A DNA stretch of 62,774 nucleotides, filler included, from Dimargaris cristalligena (lineage: Eukaryota): assembly GCA_003614675.1 (NCBI GenBank). It is 28 parts of 28 records of this genome, joined end to end, with 100 filler letters (N's around TTAATTAATTAA, not from the genome) between each part and the next. Parts side by side here need not be neighbours in the genome. Positions count along the whole stretch, not along the records: positions 58,440 to 60,558 come from ML004356.1; positions 60,659 to 62,774 come from ML004357.1; 26 more parts are not named here. One strand, written 5' to 3'. The notes beneath the pieces were generated by a model that worked only from the letters and a program-made list of their open reading frames with translations, was not told where the DNA came from and did not search any database. Shown piece by piece: positions 58,340 through 62,774 of this stretch. The position numbers and the translations under genes were made by a program. Every line of letters starts with the position of its first letter. Positions within the stretch are counted from its first letter, which is position 1.

Positions 58340-60658
58340 NNNNNNNNNNNNNNNNNNNNNNNNNNNNNNNNNNNNNNNNNNNNTTAATTAATTAANNNNN
58401 NNNNNNNNNNNNNNNNNNNNNNNNNNNNNNNNNNNNNNNGCTGCGAGTATCACTTTAGTGTCGCTCCCAAGGATTATCCATGTTATAGTGTTTCTCCAAG
58501 TATCACTAGTGTTTTTAGTATCCCCCAAGTCTATTGATTATCGAATATTTATCATTGTACCCCTATATCCCCAGTGACACGAAACCCTTCAGCCATTCCC
58601 ATCCTGTATTCAAATACCTAGTGCACCCTGATATTCATGCCGTCTATACTATTAATCATCCCTATTTCCTGCGCGACTCCATTATACCAATTTTGAAACA
58701 CTTTTAAGAGAACTAATAGACTGACCACATCGATGTTGGTAAAATAATAAACAAATAAAAGGGCAGGAATGGGAAAAGAGGCCCCGTGTGCAGCTAATGT
58801 GGAATGTCGGCGCGGAGTACAAGGAGAGGGTGAGAGAATTGCAACCAAAAAATGAAGAAAAGACCAGGGGCAAATATATTGCCATCAGGGCTGAGTCTTA
58901 TAGTACAAGGTTTGGTGATGTTGATCAAATATAAAGAAATCAAGGCGAAATTGGATATAGTAAAATTTGAAACAGTTGAAAACATTTACCTACAATGAGA
59001 AACATATGCCGTTTTAACAACTATATTATGGGCGAAGTTCAACAAGGCTGTAAAGCGAACAATTCAGCCGATGGGGTGATTGATACTGCTGGTAATATCA
59101 AGGAATATCCGACCTACTACTAAATACATATACTTCGTAAACTGTATAAAGTTGGGCCGAATTTTGCCCATATTGATTTTATAAGCAACAATTTCAGGAG
59201 TGGTATAGAATCATAAACGATTATAAAATCAATAATCAGAGCGCGTTCGTCTGTTTCGAGCAGGGTACTCTTTGAACCAGTGCTGTGACGTAATTAATAT
59301 TCTTAATCCAAATTCCATTTGATAATTATTCGGGGCAGATGCCTCCCGAAAGTATGAAAAACCTTACTGTATTTGTCAAATATTTTACAAGAACCATTGT
59401 TCTCGTCCGAAATAATCACCAATCGACAAATGAATCTTAATATTAACCGGCTGAGCTGGTGGCCGAGGATCAACGCTTGACTATAGGCCGTCTGGCGGTA
59501 CTACATAAATTCAAACACGATATCATCGGAAAATTCCTCAAACATCTGTCCGTCAGGGTCAGTCATTTCCATGATATTGGCAGTTGGGTGCGTACCGGTG
59601 AATTGGGATTCGAACGTATCGGCGATGGGAGAATTGAGATACCAATATCTAATCCATTCTAGACGCCCGAGATTATATCAAGGCGCAGATCAACGAATAT
59701 TTAGTGAGTTGTCTATACATATATGGCACTCGCCCAAATAGTATTGGCACCCTCATTTTTCACTCAATGTTTTTTGCCAGCCCAGTAAGTATAATATGTT
59801 AATATAGAGGGTTTCAAAACTGGCTATGGAGGATAGGGGCAGAATAAAGAGACAGGGCCTTCAGACCGTAATATCTGCGTCTGCAGTATTCGCAATATAA
59901 TAATAGTTTATACTGACTTACGGCCGAGAGGTACTTCCATCATTACGCCGGTAACGTGCTGAGCCTCCATGTTTCTTTGATTTTCGGCCATGGTTCTGGC
60001 TAATGGGCAGTGTACGGCTAAGTGAGATGGTGAAATATTGAAATAAAACGGAAAATTCAAATTTAAGAAGGTCAATAAGAATTCCTGGCCAAAACAGTAG
60101 ATGGTATGGATGGGGCTGCTAATGGACTCGTTTCTGCGGGGCGGTGGTGCGAGTTATATACGATAAACCGAAGGTTAGTAGGGAATACTAAACCCCCCGT
60201 ACAGTATGGCAGACAGGGTAAAACATCTAATTTTAATCAACAATTGATCTATCGTTCCTAATATTCAATGCGATTGAAAGTCGTTCTCGTTGAAATGTAT
60301 TAACCGTTTCGACCTCCATTTATACTTGGAAACTTGGTTACGGTCCGCAGTATGCATGTCCAATTGCATTAGACATGGGCCCACCCTAGTCGACACTGGT
60401 TTATTCCTGTTTATTTTGTCTCCCAAATTGACGTCAGAATCCTGATGGTTCCGCCCATTCGATGATTCTTAGCGCTACGGCAATTCGTCCTCGAACCCGC
60501 CATACCCAACTTCTGGTCTATACTGCAAATTTGCCATCATTGGCTATTCGTCCTATGCNNNNNNNNNNNNNNNNNNNNNNNNNNNNNNNNNNNNNNNNNN
60601 NNTTAATTAATTAANNNNNNNNNNNNNNNNNNNNNNNNNNNNNNNNNNNNNNNNNNNN

Positions 60659-61193
60659 AAGGTCTTTCAACGGAGACACTGTCTAGCCATTTAGCAACAA
60701 CCCAAGAAGGGAGTGTGTGGTTCTTGTTAAGTTTTTGAAAGGGGAAATTAATTCCCTTGATATCGATAATATCGAGCCAAGGTTCGGCTTCGATGAGAAG
60801 AGGTTGCCAAGTGCAAAAACAAAGGTGATTGGTGGAGAGGAGATCACGAGGAGCGAACCAGTGAACTTGATAGCGAAGGTCGGAGCAAATTTCTTTGATT
60901 TGGGCGACCCAAGGAGTGTTGTCAGGGTAGGGGGGTGCTGTCGGAGAAGATGAAACCTGGTTGTGCGAAGCAGACAACAAACCAATATAGTTTGATCTTG
61001 TTGGCGAGTACCTTTTCACCTGGTTGACGGGAACGGGGGCCGACACGTACGTCTGTGTTGATGCATCGGTGAAGAGTTTCCAAGGTGGCATGAAGACGTT
61101 GGATACGTGGGTCGAATTGAAGGTGGGTGGTCCTCCTTTATACCTTTTGAATCCATCCTTTATCGATAAATCATTTCGAGATTCGACTTCCAA
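60659..61193 (-). CDS. Probable coding exon of an unknown protein, 3'-truncated
   Basis: About 178 open codons with strong C/T third-position bias; no ATG start, but TTTTCAG (61200-61194) lies immediately upstream. Confidence 0.5.
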
Positions 61194-61394
61194 CTGAAAA
61201 CGAAATTATTAACATTCATCATTTCGAATCTTTTCCATTCAACATATTCAACATATTCAGCATCTTTTGAAAAACTTTATCGCTAAACTATTCATCTTTC
61301 TCCTCTCTTTCTTGGGAATCAACATTCAACATCTTCAACATTCAATATTCAAAATTCAACATTCAATATTACGAATCTTTTTTATCGATAGATG

Positions 61395-61575
61395 ACATTC
61401 GAATAACAAAATTATGATCATGATCGTTTTCGAATAACAAAATAACAAAATAACATAATTATGACCACCATCACATTCGAATTACAAAATAACAAAATTA
61501 TGATCATTATCACATGCACATAACAAAATTATGAACATATTCGATTCACAAAATTATGATCTTTATCACGTATTC
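61395..61575 (+). repeat. Degenerate tandem array of the 31-40 bp unit
   Basis: About 5 units of CATTCGAATAACAAAA(TAACAAAA)TTATGATCATGATC. Confidence 0.85.
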
Positions 61576-62272
61576 GATGAACATAATACAATCATCATTC
61601 CTGAAGAGATGACAAAATCAAGAAGAAGTTTATCGATACCGAATTATTGCAACAAAATAGTACAACAATTACAGTAGTATATGTGTTTATTGAGGCGAAT
61701 GACTGTCTGCATGTTTATGACATTGCGAACATATGAAAGAAGACATTCACATCTTTTGCACTAGAAGACGCCTTCTCGCCTTCTTGTTCTTATTCAGTCC
61801 AAGCCTCATTGCACATAACAAAAACACTCTTGACCTTTCTCACAACTAACTCTTATGTTGATAATAACAATGAGGCGTAAGACGTATCAATTTATTGCAA
61901 AATAAATAATTTGTGATATTTTTATGGAAGGCTGTTGGAGTGCATATCTGTTTTTTTTCACGATCAATAAATTCAGAGGCAATAAACGTCTTATCGCGTC
62001 TTATTGCCTCATTCTTCACGATTGATAATTAGGACCATACATAGACTTCCCACACCTGCCAACATCTGGTCCCAGTTATCGTCTTCCCGCCTTCTTGTTC
62101 TTCTTTAGTTAAGCACCCTCTTTCATAACAAAACTCACACTCCTTCTCCCATTTCTATCTAAGCTCGATAAGAACCATAAGGCAGAAGACACTTCAAGTT
62201 ATTTTCATCTTCAAGAAATACGCAAAAGTTTGTAGAGCCTTGATGGATGGTATGTATGTTTTTTTTCATATT

Positions 62273-62380
62273 AAACACCTATGGAGAAGTGTGACCGTTT
62301 CACCGCATCTTATTGCCTTCTTTGTAAAACACCTATGGAGAAGTGTGACAGTCTCACCCCATCTTATTGCCTTCTTCGTA
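62273..62380 (+). repeat. 54-bp tandem duplication
   Basis: AAACACCTATGGAGAAGTGTGAC...CATCTTATTGCCTTCTTYGTA twice. Confidence 0.95.
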
Positions 62381-62774
62381 AAACAAAATAACAAAATTGT
62401 GATCGTGATCGCACTCATATAACAAATTAACAAACTTATGTTCATGATCACATTCGAATAACAAAATAACAAAATTATGAACATGATCGCATTCGAATAA
62501 CAAAATTATGTTCACGATCATGATCATGATCATGATAGCATTCGAACAACAAAATAACAAAATTGTGATTATGATCGCATTCGAATAACAAAATTCTCAT
62601 CATGATCACCTTCGAATAACAAAATAGTCATCATGATCGCATTCGAATAACAAAAATAACAAAGTTGTAATCATGATCACATTCAAATAACAAAAATAAC
62701 AAAATAGTCATCATGATAGCATTCGAATAACAAAAATAACAAAATTGTCATCATGATCACATTCGAATAACAAA
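62381..62774 (+). repeat. Tandem minisatellite, 31/39/40-bp units, runs off the window end
   Basis: TTCGAA core at 62453, 62492, 62541, 62580, 62611, 62642, (62682 TTCAAA), 62722, 62762. Confidence 0.95.

Noticed and set aside
61060-61085. KLFTDASTQ as an RNase H (DIRS/BEL) motif
   Set aside because: No downstream GxG/E/D RNase H motifs; the match is too short.
62381-62774. CRISPR-like array
   Set aside because: Inter-repeat segments are variants of each other, not unique spacers; no cas genes; eukaryotic context.

Overview
This is not one locus. It is 28 unrelated small contigs (about 2.12-2.17 kb, in near-descending length order) joined by 27 artificial 100-nt linkers (N44-TTAATTAATTAA-N44), so adjacency across a linker means nothing. 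The DNA is eukaryotic and fungal-like: partial SPT16, KRE33/NAT10 (GT-AG intron), a Src1/MAN1-family gene, an ABCB-type half transporter, an LRR-like protein and several secreted proteins. An early-diverging lineage such as Zoopagomycota is my impression only and is not shown by the sequence. Most of the rest is Ty3/Gypsy and Ty1/Copia debris plus two multicopy LTR families. Four signals stand out. (1) Repeat-restricted C->T/G->A hypermutation at CpG and CpA/TpG, i.e. RIP-like, which has also inactivated a SKI3-like copy and secreted-protein genes. (2) An LTR element whose primer-binding position is complementary to its own predicted transcript 5' end, as in Tf1-type self-priming. (3) A ~590-bp LTR, rebuilt from 9 contig ends, that sits almost only inside decayed repeats. 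(4) A last contig with CpG-intact palindromic tandem arrays that may be foreign DNA.
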